Shown here one piece after another: positions 51,971 to 64,000 of a DNA stretch of 64,000 nucleotides. The translations under genes and the position numbers were made by a program. This DNA comes from Octopus sinensis (Eukaryota), in NCBI RefSeq assembly GCF_006345805.1, contig NC_043000.1, forward strand, positions 93,930,001-93,994,000. The letters run 5' to 3'. The notes under the pieces were generated by a model. It worked only from the letters and a program-made list of their open reading frames with translations, did no database searches and had not been told where the DNA came from. How positions within the stretch are numbered: position 1 is the first letter of the stretch; each line of letters starts with the position of its first letter.

Positions 51971-52630
51971 CCTTCGTAACACAATGGAAGTAAAAATGTA
52001 CCGGAGTCTTTAGTCATCTGTCATGTCAAAACAAGAACCTCAGACAGATAATACTTTCCTTAAGATGTGCGCTGTGCCCAATAAAGTTGCTTTCTGCAAG
52101 ACACCAATCTTGCATGGGATTTCCAGTGCCTTAAGAAGTCTTGAAGTTTCAATGGGATTGGGCCCAATGCTCCGTTCACCACTGATATCACTTTTACATT
52201 ACCCTCTCCCATTCCATACAGTTTTGACATTTCCACTTTCAATTCGGAGTACTTGGTGATTTTTTCAACTTCTTTACTTACAATATTCATGTTATTTGGT
52301 ATGGCTACATCAATGATCTGACAGTATTTGATTCTATTATTCAATATGACAATATCCGGCCGACGGTGTTCGAGTAAACGATCCGTCTGAAAACCATAGT
52401 CCCAGAGTATCGTTACTTTTCCATCCTCCTGCATAATTTATTTGGTACATGCTCATACCAGCTCTCTGTTATTTCATATTGGCATTTACGGCATAAAAGC
52501 CGATGAAGATACACACACACTTTATCGTGGCGGCGCTTGTATTCTTTTTGTGCAAGGCTCTCACATCCACTTACCAAGTGAATCTCATTTTCCACACTCT
52601 TTCCACATAATCCGCATTTTTCCCTTTCTC
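51962..52630 (-). mobile_element. R4/Dong-like non-LTR 3' fragment (CCHC + restriction-like endonuclease) ending in (TAA)n
   Basis: KCGLCGKE..ENEIHLVSGCESLAQKEYKRRHDKVCVYLH..YEHVP; TILWDYGFQTDRLLEHRRPDIVILNNRIKYCQIIDVAIP..EKITKYSELKVEM..VNGALG; 3' UTR ends gaaggaataataataat. Confidence 0.9.
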
Positions 52631-53059
52631 TTTCTCTCTCTGTGCATTTTCCTCTTTCATTTTTTATTTATTTATCCACTTATTTATATTCCGTAAACTA
52701 GTAGGCGCGGATGTGGCGGTGTGCTTAAGAAGTTTGTTTCCTAAATATATGGCTACGGGTCCAGTCCTACAGAGTGGTGCCTTTCGCCTAAGGCGAATGT
52801 CTTTTAATATAGCAACGCCAGCAACGTTCTTCTGCTATGATCCCTGACTGAAAGAAGCCTAACTTTGGATGTCCGTGTCTCCTTGTCATTGCTTGCTAGT
52901 GGTACCACTGTCAAATAAGCGGTGTCATTCCTTACCAACATCCTGCGTAAATTAGGAACATATTATCTTGATAGAGTTCTCTCCTCTTTTTAGTTTAGTT
53001 ATCGTCATGATCTTTTTTTTATTGCACTGATTAACGTTGTCAGCATACTCATCGCAATT

Positions 53060-53296
53060 GTTGATTGGCATTCATCATCATCATCGTCGTCGTCGTCGTC
53101 GTCGTCATCATCGTTGTCATCGTCGTCATTATCGTCGTCGTCATCGTCCTCTTCATCATCATACACACTCTTTCGTCATAATTATCATAACTTCATATTC
53201 ATCATCATTATTATCATCCTTCACCTCCTCCTCCTCCTCCTCCTAATCATCATTATCATCATCATCATCATAATTATCATCATCACCACCACCACC

Positions 53297-53330
<34 letters not shown>

Positions 53331-53989
53331 TCGTCTTTGACTCTCCTCCTCTTCCTCCTCCTCCTCACCGTTCTCCTCCTCCTTTTCTTCTTTATTTTCT
53401 TTATCTGCTTCCTCTTCATTATCACCATTATCGAAATCGTCGCAAACATTGACGCCATGATGTTTTGTTATAATCCGTCTTTGGTTTCTTTATAATTCTA
53501 CCTTTAACGATCGCTTAATCCTTCTATTTATCCCTCTACCGTCTCCTCCCTCCTACGCCTATTCTTCTCTCCACTCATCCTGATGCTTTAAATCTTCTTT
53601 GTCATCCCTCCCAACTAGCATTTCAATCATCATCATCACCATCATTATTATCATCACCACCACCACCACCACCACCACCATCATCATCATCTTCATCATT
53701 ATCATCATCATCATCATCATCAACATCATCATAACCACCACCAACACCAACACCACCACCACCACCACCATGAGTGCTCCACCAACTCGACCAAATAAGC
53801 GAGACCTGATGGGTCCGCTGACTGTTAGAAATAGCAGTCAAATGGCTCTTTAATCACACGCTACCACCTTAAAAGATGGTTATCCTAGATATCCTCAAAA
53901 GTCGGGATGGTCAAACATGGAAAGAAACTTATTAACATCTTTTCCACCAGGGTTGGCAAAGGACTAAACACAAGCTGCTGCTGCTGCTG

Positions 53990-54020
<31 letters not shown>

Positions 54021-54039
54021 TACTACTACTACTACTACT

Positions 54040-54074
<35 letters not shown>

Positions 54075-54163
54075 AACTACTACTACTACTACTTCAACCA
54101 CTGCTGCAGCTGCTACTACTACTACTACTACTACTTCAACCACTGCTGCTGCTACTGCTACTG

Positions 54164-54212
<49 letters not shown>

Positions 54213-54230
54213 GACCGTCAGCTTTCATGA
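53060..54230. repeat. Mosaic trinucleotide tracts (CAT/CGT/CCT/CAC; GCT/ACT/ACG)
   Basis: Direct reading. Confidence 0.9.
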
Positions 54231-54578
54231 CCATCGTCGTATTAATCTCAGTCAGCTATTCTCTCTGTGGCAACCAGCTTCAGCGTTCACGACATTATCA
54301 CCATTAGAGTGTGAGCATCGTCGTTATCATAATCGACAATTGGTGCCTGTTATGATGATGATGATGATGATGATGATGATAATCTCTCCTAACTATGCCA
54401 CAATTCTAGTAATTTTAGTGGGGTGTGTTAGACGATTGCATCTATCTAAGCTTTCAAATGTTACTTTATTTTTTCGATCCCAAAATGATGAAGTGCATAG
54501 CCGACCTCGGGAAAATTTGTACTCCGATTCTGTACTACCGATTCTGCAAGCTCATCACCTTGAACAACCTGCAGCAGA

Positions 54579-54616
<38 letters not shown>

Positions 54617-54894
54617 TAGTAGTTAGTAGTTGTAGTAGTAGTAGTAGTAGTAAAGGTTTCAAATTTTGGCACAGGGCCAGCAATTTCTTGAAAGAGGATA
54701 AATCAATTACATCGATCAAATGGTACTTATTTTATCGACCCCGAAAGGAGTATGCTGCTCTCTCAATCAAGGTCGACCTCGGCGCAATCTGAACTCACAA
54801 CCAAAAGACGGAGGAAATGCCGCTAAGTATCTTCAGGTAGTCCTAACGGTCTGCTAGCAAGCTTTAATAATAATAATAATACGTGCCATGATGT

Positions 54895-55460
54895 AATACC
54901 AGACTGTGGGCCCTATGGTTTCTGATCTTAACTGATTGGAAGTGTTACCATGTACATGTTTTATCTTGGTATATAAGATGGGCTATAGCAAATATTCTAC
55001 TCAGTATCACACATTTACTTGTCAGTTGGTTGACCTTTACTAGCTGAGCATGTCCCTTGGTGGCTGACGATATGTGCATGTCTGATCACGAGCAGAAGTA
55101 GTTGCGGAGCATCATAGCCATATGCTGAGAGGAATTCTTTGGGGCTTCAATAATTCAACTATGGAAACATTGGTGTTTTGTTCAACACCCTTAAATTTCC
55201 CTTACTCAGAGACCTTTTGAGCAGGATGGGCTACTCAACCTGAAGAAAATTCTAACTAGGCTCCAACCAGTTAGAATCACGCGCTCTTTATCTTGTCGCG
55301 TACATTTGGTTGTGATGCAAGTGCCTAGTGTACCGTTATCAGACGTGTAGTCATGATGGGCATATTGGGCTTCGTATATTTTATCGCAATGTCACTTTGA
55401 TGGCATGCACTGCTCTCCCACTTAATGATGATGATGATGATGATGATGATAATAATAATA
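54895..55460 (+). mobile_element. (TAA)n-anchored non-coding retroposon (probable LINE 3' UTR or SINE)
   Basis: Starts after taataataataat, ends gcactgctctcccacttaat into (GAT/AAT)n; partial copies at 26265 and 27395. Confidence 0.6.
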
Positions 55461-56442
55461 ATAATTATCATTATCATCATCATCATCATCACCATGAGGA
55501 CGGCGAAGACGACAAAAACGAGGGCGATAATGATGATAAATTTCTTGCATTGGCTACAAGGGCCAAAGACACTGAGAACAATATCAAATGACGAAATGCA
55601 TCAAACAGAAATATGACGTTTTCATATCACACAAAGAAAAGAAATCGAAAAAAATCAACAATGAAGAAGAAGAAAGACGGAGTAGGAAAAGAAGTGGTTG
55701 GTGATGGGAAGTACGAGGACGAGGAGGAGGGAGAAGGGAAGAAGCACATATAATGTCCAGTGGTGTTCCAGCTTCTGTAATATCTCTAGCGTTATTATCA
55801 TGATGGTCGATCTTTGCATTTGCTTTATTTTTCATTTTCCTTGTCATTTCCCCAGAACAAAGTGACATTTCAACAGGTCTGTACCGATTGAAACTAAATG
55901 CATTTGCATAATTAATCTTTTGACGTCATCAACTCCTTCTCAATATCATTTATTACTTGCCAGCCTTGCTGTTATTGTTGTTGCTTTTGACGATTTGTGG
56001 TGGTTGTGGTGGCGGCGGCGACGGCGGCGGTGGTGGTGGTGGTGGTGGTCGTCGTCGTCGTCGTACATTGTAGGTTTGTAGCTGTTCTTGGCTGTTGCTG
56101 CTGAGTCGGTATTTGTTGTGATTACGACGGCTTTTGTAAAGATACTTCTAGTTTACTGTGATGGTTGTCTCTTTATTTGATTGATTGATGTTGTTGTTAC
56201 TACTGCTGCTATTGTTGCTGTTGTTGTTGTTGTTCTTCTTCTTCTTCTTCTCCTTCTCTTCCTTCTTCTTCTTCTTCTTCTTCTTCTTCTTCTTCTTCTT
56301 CTTCTTTTCTTCTTCTTCTTCTTCTTCTTCTTCTTCTTCTTCTTCTTCTTCTTCTTCTTCTTCTTCTTCTTCTTCTTGACGTTGTTGTTGTGGTTGTGGC
56401 GGTGGTGGTGGTCGTCGTCGTCATCATGGTATTAGTTTTGGT

Positions 56443-56950
56443 GGGCGAGCTGGCAGAAACGTTAGCACGCCGGGCGAAATGCTTAGCGGTATTTCGTCTG
56501 CGTTACGTTGTGAGTTCAAATTCCGCCAAGGTCGACTTTGCCTTTCATCCTTTCGGGGTCGATAAATTAAGTACCAGTTACGCACTGGGGGTCGATGTAA
56601 TCGACTTAATACCTATGTCTGTCCTAGTTTGTCCCTCTGTGTTTAGCCCCTTGTGGGTAATAAAGAAATAGGTATTAGTTTTGGTAAAAGGTATTGCGGC
56701 GAGCTGGCAGAAACGTCAGCACGCCGGGCGAAATGCGTAGCCGTATTTCGTCTGCCGTTACGTACTGAGTTCAAATTCCGCCGAGGTCGGCTTTGCATTT
56801 CATCCTTTCGGGGTCGATTAAATAAGTACCAGTTACTCACTCGAGTCGATGTAATCGACTTAATCCGTTTTTCTGTCCTTGTTTGTCCCCTCTGTGTTTA
56901 GCCCTTTGTGGGTAGTAAAGAAATAGGTACTAGTTTTGGTAAAAGGTATT
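56443..56950 (+). mobile_element. Two young family B SINEs in tandem with nested target-site duplications
   Basis: ggtattagttttggt at 56428-56442 and 56671-56685; ggta(t/c)tagttttggtaaaaggtatt at 56671-56695 and 56926-56950. Confidence 0.9.
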
Positions 56951-57585
56951 GGTTGCGACGCAAGTAAGCTATGTTTAAAAGAAGGTGATGCTATTAGTAG
57001 TGATGTGGGACCTTAGGAGGTCGTCATTGGCGATGGTTATGTTGTTGCTACTCACAGTAATAACAACGCTCGCCTTCGAAGGCGATGCTTAAAAAGGTAT
57101 TTGGATGAGACTGTATTGGTATTGGTGCAAGGTGCTTGTACGACTAATGAAGCTAGTAGTTGAGCTGGGGATGTCGGTGATAACGGATTTCATACTGGGT
57201 GAAATATCATTAGTACATTTAAATGGCGTTGTTGCTACGGTCATTGCAGCGGATTTTATTCTGGTACTGTTTAGTTGTTAATATTTTGTTGTCGATTATC
57301 GTGGTGATCGTCGTTGTTGTTGTTGCTGTTGCTGTTGTTGTTGTTGTTTTTGTTTTTGGGTGGTAATTTAACTTGTTCGTGTTTTATTCTCGCAGGTGCA
57401 TGCATGCAACAGCAAAATGCTAGGATCACGTTAACTTCGATTTAATATTTAAAATGGCCATGTATATATATATATATATATCTTTATAAATAGAGAGAGA
57501 GAGAGACAACAGATATATAGATATAGATATAGTATATATACATACATACCTACATGCAGAGATACATACATAAATACATATATAT

Positions 57586-57635
<50 letters not shown>

Positions 57636-57894
57636 TTATATAGGTGTGTATTTCTTTTTATTTAGCGGTAAAATTATATAGGTAACTCAAGGTCTGAGAG
57701 TTTCAGGTTCTTCAAGATTAATTAGCAAGAATAATAAGTGTAACACATGACACTCATCAATGATGCAATTGCATAATGTTACAGCTAAATAAAAATATAT
57801 AATGAATTCTACTCTGCCTGTTTTCGTTACCGAGTACACACACACACACACACATACATATATATACATATAAAGAGAATGAGAGAGAGATAAT

Positions 57895-58095
57895 GGATCA
57901 TCGTCGGTTGATGAGCATTTCTTCATAGCATTTCTTGATAGCTCAAATGATCGAACTGAACCACTATTTCGGTCATATGAATCCGCGAGTAATTGAGTAT
58001 TCCACAGATATAGACCGATATAACGCAATTCTGAAACGGTATTAGCATGATTCGATATATGACGATCCTGGATTTCAAAGTACATATTTAATCAA
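57895..58095 (-). pseudogene. Possible mariner transposase N-terminal relic
   Basis: With frameshifts gives HIxIMLYRFR.. and ..SSTDDD, reminiscent of mariner HTH1 and the GRpxxxDDd linker. Confidence 0.3.
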
Positions 58096-58194
58096 CCCTT
58101 TAGGCTTCAATCACAAAGTTTCGCTTTTCCAGTTTTCACTCACAACGATATACACAATATAAATATAAATATATAAATATATAAATATACATAG

Positions 58195-58750
58195 TCCAAA
58201 AAGCAAAATTCATTAAAAGAATCTGATGGTGTGTGTTTGGTGGTTTGGCGTAGGTGTGGTCTATTTTGATTTCATTAAACCTGGCTCATCAATCACGGCG
58301 GACTGGACCATATGATGCAGAAACTTGCAAAAAAAAAAAAACAGCCTAGATTAGTCAACAGATCCACTTCTATTTTATTGCAAGACAACGCCAGACTACA
58401 CATCGCAAAAGTAACATTGGCGAAATTACAAGAATTGGAGTTAGAAGTTCCCCATTATCCCCCATACTCATCTGATCTTTCCCCCAGTGACTACCACTTC
58501 TTTCAGAATTTGGATAACTTTTTGATAGGAAAAATTTTTTATTCCGCCGATGCTGTAAAACAGGCCTTCCAAGATTTTATTGACTCTAGAATGCCAGGCT
58601 TTTACAGTTCTGGGCTGGACAAGCTACTGCTGAAATGGCAAACATGTATTGACAATATGGGTGCATACTCTGATGAATAGAACTATTCCTTGTATTTATA
58701 AAACATTAGCAAACTTTTTTCTTTTCTATATTCCATACTGGACGTCCTAA
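58195..58750 (+). pseudogene. Mariner (DD34D) transposase C-terminal half with right end
   Basis: PKSKIH*KNLMVCVWW..QPRLVNRSTSILLQDNARLHIAKVT..HYPPYSSDLSPSDYHFFQNLDNFL..KWQTCIDNMGAYSDE*; end ..cctaa|ta. Confidence 0.9.
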
Positions 58751-59221
58751 TACATACATATATACATATATATGTATGCTTATTTGTGTGTGTGTGTGTC
58801 TTTGTGTCTGTATTTGTTCCCCTTCCACTACCACCACTGCCACTTGACAACCGATGCTGGTGCATTTATATCGCCGTCAGTTAGTAGTTCGGCAAAAAGC
58901 GACTCATAGAATAAGTACCAGGTTTTAAAAAAATAAGGATTGAAGTCGATACTTTCGACTAAAACTCGTCCGAGACGTTGCCCCAGCATGGCCGCGGCCA
59001 AATGACAGAAATAAGTAAAAGTTTAAAGATATAAATTATATTGATTTTAAATTTATTGATTACAGATAGATAGATATACATACATATATACATATATATA
59101 TATATTATATAATATATATAAATAATACATATATATATTATATTCATATATATATATGTATACATATGCACACACAATAATCACACACATACACACACCA
59201 CACAAATATATATACATACAT

Positions 59222-59260
<39 letters not shown>

Positions 59261-59329
59261 GGTGGATGCGATAAACATAACAGAGACAGGCGTACCTTGC
59301 GTGGAATACATAAGTAAGGATGTGTATAT

Positions 59330-59387
59330 TCCACGATCTAGGATTTTGCTTCGTGTATTTAAAAGATATTTAATCTCATCAGCTGGA
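59330..59387 (-). ncRNA. Candidate type I hammerhead ribozyme (degenerate)
   Basis: Minus strand TCCA-g-CTGATGAG-attaaa-tatct-tttaaat-acac-GAAGC-aaaatcctaga-TC-g-TGGA: intact CUGAUGAG, stem I tcca/tgga, GAAG instead of GAAA; ~70 bp from a (TA)n tract. Confidence 0.35.
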
Positions 59388-60210
59388 CTCAACACATAAT
59401 ACGCTATTTCTGAAATATCTCATTACACCGTGTGCGTTCTTATATTTTGAACGCCCCGCGTCATTCAAAAAACGAACATAACGTGAGTTATTAATAAATG
59501 CTAGCCACTTTATTATTAACATTATTTTAAATAATGTAAGTGATACTTATTCAATTTATAAATCAATGCACACACACACACATATATGTATATAGATATG
59601 CGTGTGTGTATGTGTGTTTGTATGCATGTGTATCCATTATCAAAATATTCTTGTTCATATCAACTGTGAGATGTCTATATCTGCAAGCACATACATACAA
59701 GCGTTTACACATAAGATCACACTCTCTTTCTCTGTCCACATTTTCTGTCTTACACACGCATTGTTACACATGCAGAGACAAACTCACACAAACATACGCA
59801 CTCATATGTATGTCTTGTCCCGTATTAGTTTGCCTGTAGAATTATTTCGATGACACGAAGTGTCGGCGTGGTAAAGGAAGAAATAGAAGAGAAAGAGGTG
59901 GAACGATGAAGCGAGAGAGAGAGAGAGAGAGAGAAGGGGGAAGAAGAAGAAAGAGAGTCAGTATACATTTCAATGTATCACATTATATGCATTTTTGATT
60001 TGTTAAAGAGCATTCAGAACAAATTGATATGTTTTGTAAAAACCAACGAAGAAAATGGCCGCCAGCCTTTACTGTGGATATACAGTATATGAATATTGGT
60101 GACAAAATGTTGCTACATCAGTGCAAATAAATGAAATAAAATGTTGCCATTATATTTTCATACTAGTTTTGTTGTTGTTATTCTAATTGTTGTTGTTGTT
60201 GTTATTTTTA

Positions 60211-60271
<61 letters not shown>

Positions 60272-60299
60272 TATTACTACTACTGCTACTACTACTATA

Positions 60300-60337
<38 letters not shown>

Positions 60338-61911
60338 TTATTATTATTATTAATATTATTATTATTATTATTATTATCATCATTATTGTTAGTGTAAATA
60401 GTGTTGCTTTTGTTAGATGTGTGCATGTATATACATATACAAATATATATATATATGTTTATAAATATGCATCTTTACTTGTATGTGTGTATATATATAT
60501 ATATGTATATATACTTATATTTATGTATGTGTGTGTGTTTGTGTGTGTATGTATGTATATAAATGTGTGACTGTGTGTGCCTCTGTGTGTTTACCATGCA
60601 TATTTTTTTCTGTTTGAAATGTGAGTTGAACAGAAGAGGTTTAGTTCGAAAATCATTTCTCCGCCACAGGTTATGAAAACCATCATTACATATACACACG
60701 TAAGTACATGTACACATACATCTATACATATATTTACATTCATATATGTATTTGCATAGATACACACTACTCATACATATATGCATGTTTCGCCAAACAC
60801 TTTCATTATTATTTATAACAAATATTCATATTTTGTCATTGATTTCTACATTTGTATAGTTATTTGTTATTTATTCATTTATTAATCTATCTCACTTTCC
60901 CGAAATCAAAACTATAGCAGTACTTTGAAGAAGAATACTTTTAAATCTTGAACGTACACGTCGTCGTAGATGTTCTCTTAAGTGCATGCTTTGTTACATG
61001 TTTGTCATATGAGCGTTAGTTGATCTTTCGAGTTAGTTGTGTAATCAAAAATTAATACTGTAATGTATAATGTCACAACACAACAGTACAAGAAGACATA
61101 ACAGCGATAGGCAAAATGAAACCTTGTCAACCAATGAAATGATTTCAGTTATGTACTTTATAACTTATGAAATACTGTTCTGAATACAAATTAGAAACAT
61201 TTATGTATAAAATCAGTATTTTTGAGCCTAGCAGCAAAATATACATCCATTTTCTTCCACCCTTTTCTCCCTCTTCCCTGCGCTCTCTCTCTCTCTTTTC
61301 AAATACACACGTTCATAAAGTTTTTCTTTCTGTTCAATACATTTTCGTTAATATATATCTTACTCTGTTTAAGCAAGTTAGATTTGATTATGACGACGCA
61401 CTTGAGTTTTATAGAAATCTGCACACAATATCGTCACAGTATTTTAGCAAGTGTTGGCCATCTGTACTAAACGTCTAACATACAATTTTCTCGTTTTTCT
61501 CTGCAAAAAATGCGTGATCGATCGATCGTACGCTTTGTTAAGCTCCCACATCTTTGTCACCCAGCATAGGTAAGAGAGTGCACTCGCATCCTATATGTTA
61601 CAACACTGATACAACGTACAAAGAGCTTAATACTATGTTGGTTAACTAAACATTTCGTGAAGGTAGAAATGCACGCCGATACATACAGATGCACGCATGC
61701 GCTCTCCACATATGCAATATCCTATTGTTTCATCTCTATTTCCTAATGAGTGGGGTAGTCCATCATAAATTAATTAATTATGTAGGTTAATTATTTAAAT
61801 GAAGCAGATTTTATTCCATTGAAACAGGTGTCAAAAACAAGTTATAAGTATACGCAAATTTTACGTCACCCTGCTGTTCATATGTACACATGAACAGCAG
61901 TGAGGTATAAA

Positions 61912-61956
<45 letters not shown>

Positions 61957-62234
61957 GCATGCACACACACACAAGCATGGCCGCAGGTGTTGAACTGAAA
62001 CAAGTAAAGGAAAACACACACACACACACACACAAACACACACGTTTTTCTGAAGTATCCAAAGATGCAGATTCAGTCCTCGAATGTTGCTTATATAAAA
62101 TTCGTAGAAGGCATAATATTGTATTATAACTCACATGCGAGTTATAAGTTTAATTATAAAAATAATCAAGTATGCGTGAAGTATGTTTGTATCAACATGT
62201 GGTATATGTGTGTGTAGCTTTTATCTGTTATTTT

Positions 62235-62451
62235 TTTTACATCTTTCAGTCATTATATTATGGCCATGCTAGAGCACTGCCTAGTAGAAGTTTTAGTACT
62301 TCTTTTTAAGCCCGGTACTTATTCTATTGAACTCTTTTGCCAAACCACTAAGTTACGGTGACGGAAACAGAGGAACACCGTTTCTCGAGCGGTGGATGGG
62401 GACAAACATAGATACAAACAAACATACACACATGCACACACAAACACACAG

Positions 62452-62504
<53 letters not shown>

Positions 62505-62668
62505 CACGACGAGTATATTTCAATTTCCATCTACCAAATTCTCTCACAAGGCTTTGTTCGACCCGAGGCCATTGTAAAAATCACTTGCCCAAGGTGCCAC
62601 GCACGGGGACTGAATCTAGAACCATGTGGTTGGGAAGCATGCTTCTCACCACACAACCACACCAGAAC
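62235..62668 (-). mobile_element. Family A SINE
   Basis: Reverse-complement head and tail with internal (CA/TA)n. Confidence 0.8.
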
Positions 62669-62674
62669 TTGTAC

Positions 62675-63062
62675 CGAACTGGAAGAACTTGTGACAAACT
62701 TTGAGATTGTAAGTTACACAAACAGTAGAATGGAGCGCCACTGCATAGTACCAACGATCCCAATATTGCTATCATGATACAAGACGAGATACTACAACAG
62801 CCTAGGTTTCAACGACTCACAGCTCTTCAATATCCTCCAACGAAGCCTGTGAGACCTACATGGTGTGGATGTAGGCGTCTTCAAAACAAAACTGGATCTC
62901 TTCCCATCAACAGCTACACCAAGAGTTCCAGTGTGAGCAGTAACATGAACCTCCATCCTCCACCGAATTCCACATAAAAGAGGTTTAGTGAAAGTGTAGT
63001 AAAGCAAACGGTGTTGCCCAAGCATGGCCGCAGGTGTTGAACTGAAACAAGTAAAGGAAAAC
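62675..63062 (+). mobile_element. Decayed 3' fragment of the 31-kb LINE family
   Basis: ttgtgacaaactttgagattg..cacagctcttcaatatcctcc..ggatctcttcc aligns to ~33630-33850; tail agcatggccgcaggtgttgaactgaaac. Confidence 0.85.
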
Positions 63063-63212
63063 AATATATGTATACATATGGATATACACAGACATGAGAG
63101 AAGCATAGACACCACATAAAACATTGTTTTATGTTTATTTAACTTGAAAAGGTTTATATATTTTTTTAATGGACATTTTTATATTTCAGGTTCAATATGT
63201 GACTGTTTAATC

Positions 63213-64000
63213 ATGTCACGTACAAAAGAAGCTTTTGGAACCGTCAAATTTCAAAGTGGTCGTATTGTGTGTTAATCTGAAGGTCGACTCAGTCAGCGTA
63301 AAATCGCAGAAAACCTTGGGATCTCGCTTTCTACAGTTAATAGGGTGAACGTGCATTTCACTAGAGAGGGGAAGGAGTCCACATCGTCTTGCCCAGGTTG
63401 ACCAAGGCCCTCTGACAGGATTCTGCGTTTTTAAGTGAAGTGTGGAGGATAATCCTCATTGCAAGGCCTCTGACATAGCAGGACAAGTTGATGTCAGTCC
63501 GAGAACAGCTGTCAGGTATCTCCACGAACTTAGCTAATATAGCAGAGCAGCAAGTCACTTCTACCAGCCAATATCAAGAGGGAAAATGATTGGGCAAGTG
63601 AAATGATGAAGTGGCCGCCATCATTTTGGGACACTATCATATTTTCTGATGAGTCCATATTTGTTGTAGCTTCTGACAGTGGTCGAGTGTGGGTCCGGAG
63701 ACTCTATGATCAAGAATTTGATGTGACAGATTGCTGCCAACAATAAAACAAGGCAGCTATTCTGTGATGGTCTGGGGATTAATTTGGAACAAGGGTCATC
63801 AGAGCTGGTGGAGTGTGGTGGAAACATAAATTCAGATAAATATGTGTCCATATTGCAGAAAGGACTCCTACCAATCTTCTTCAATGGTGAAATTATTAAA
63901 GAACATGCTTTATGGGATTCCTTTCACACAGCTAAATAGAATGAAGATTAGTTGGAAAATAATGGCATTAAAAACTTCCGTAGCCATGCCAGTCACCAGA
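63213..64000 (+). pseudogene. Tc1-like (DD34E) transposase relic, runs off the window end
   Basis: [92 protein letters not shown]; internal stops and frameshifts. Confidence 0.85.

Noticed and set aside
57365-57400. Strong-looking 3' splice acceptor (tttaac..ttttattctcgcag|g)
   Set aside because: No downstream donor or open frame; such motifs are common in AT-rich DNA

Overview
AT-rich, microsatellite-saturated metazoan non-coding DNA (gene desert or very large intron). The SINE families and repeat landscape look like a cephalopod, most likely Octopus; this is an inference from pattern recognition, not a database result. No host protein-coding exon could be supported, and almost all short ORFs in the track are translated microsatellites. 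The only long ORF (31030-33957) is a 5'-truncated but uninterrupted APE-endonuclease + reverse-transcriptase LINE of the CR1 group. Around it are decayed elements: 3' fragments of the same LINE, a second CR1-type LINE, two kinds of restriction-like-endonuclease (R4/Dong-type) LINE, a Naiad-like Penelope element, Tc1, mariner and maT (DD37D) transposase relics, several MITEs, a Helitron-like element and dozens of tRNA-derived SINEs. The most interesting signals are: (i) degenerate hammerhead-ribozyme folds in the Penelope 3' region and in (TA)n-anchored non-coding elements; (ii) a perfect 113-bp inverted duplication ending exactly at the 5' junction of the young LINE; (iii) a covarying 3' double stem-loop shared by that LINE and a SINE family; (iv) retroelements apparently partitioned by microsatellite target - (CATA)n, (TAA)n, (TA)n; (v) SINEs that re-insert at the same site or into themselves. 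Some near-identical tandem and fold-back duplications may be long-read assembly artefacts. Boundaries of degenerate elements are approximate.
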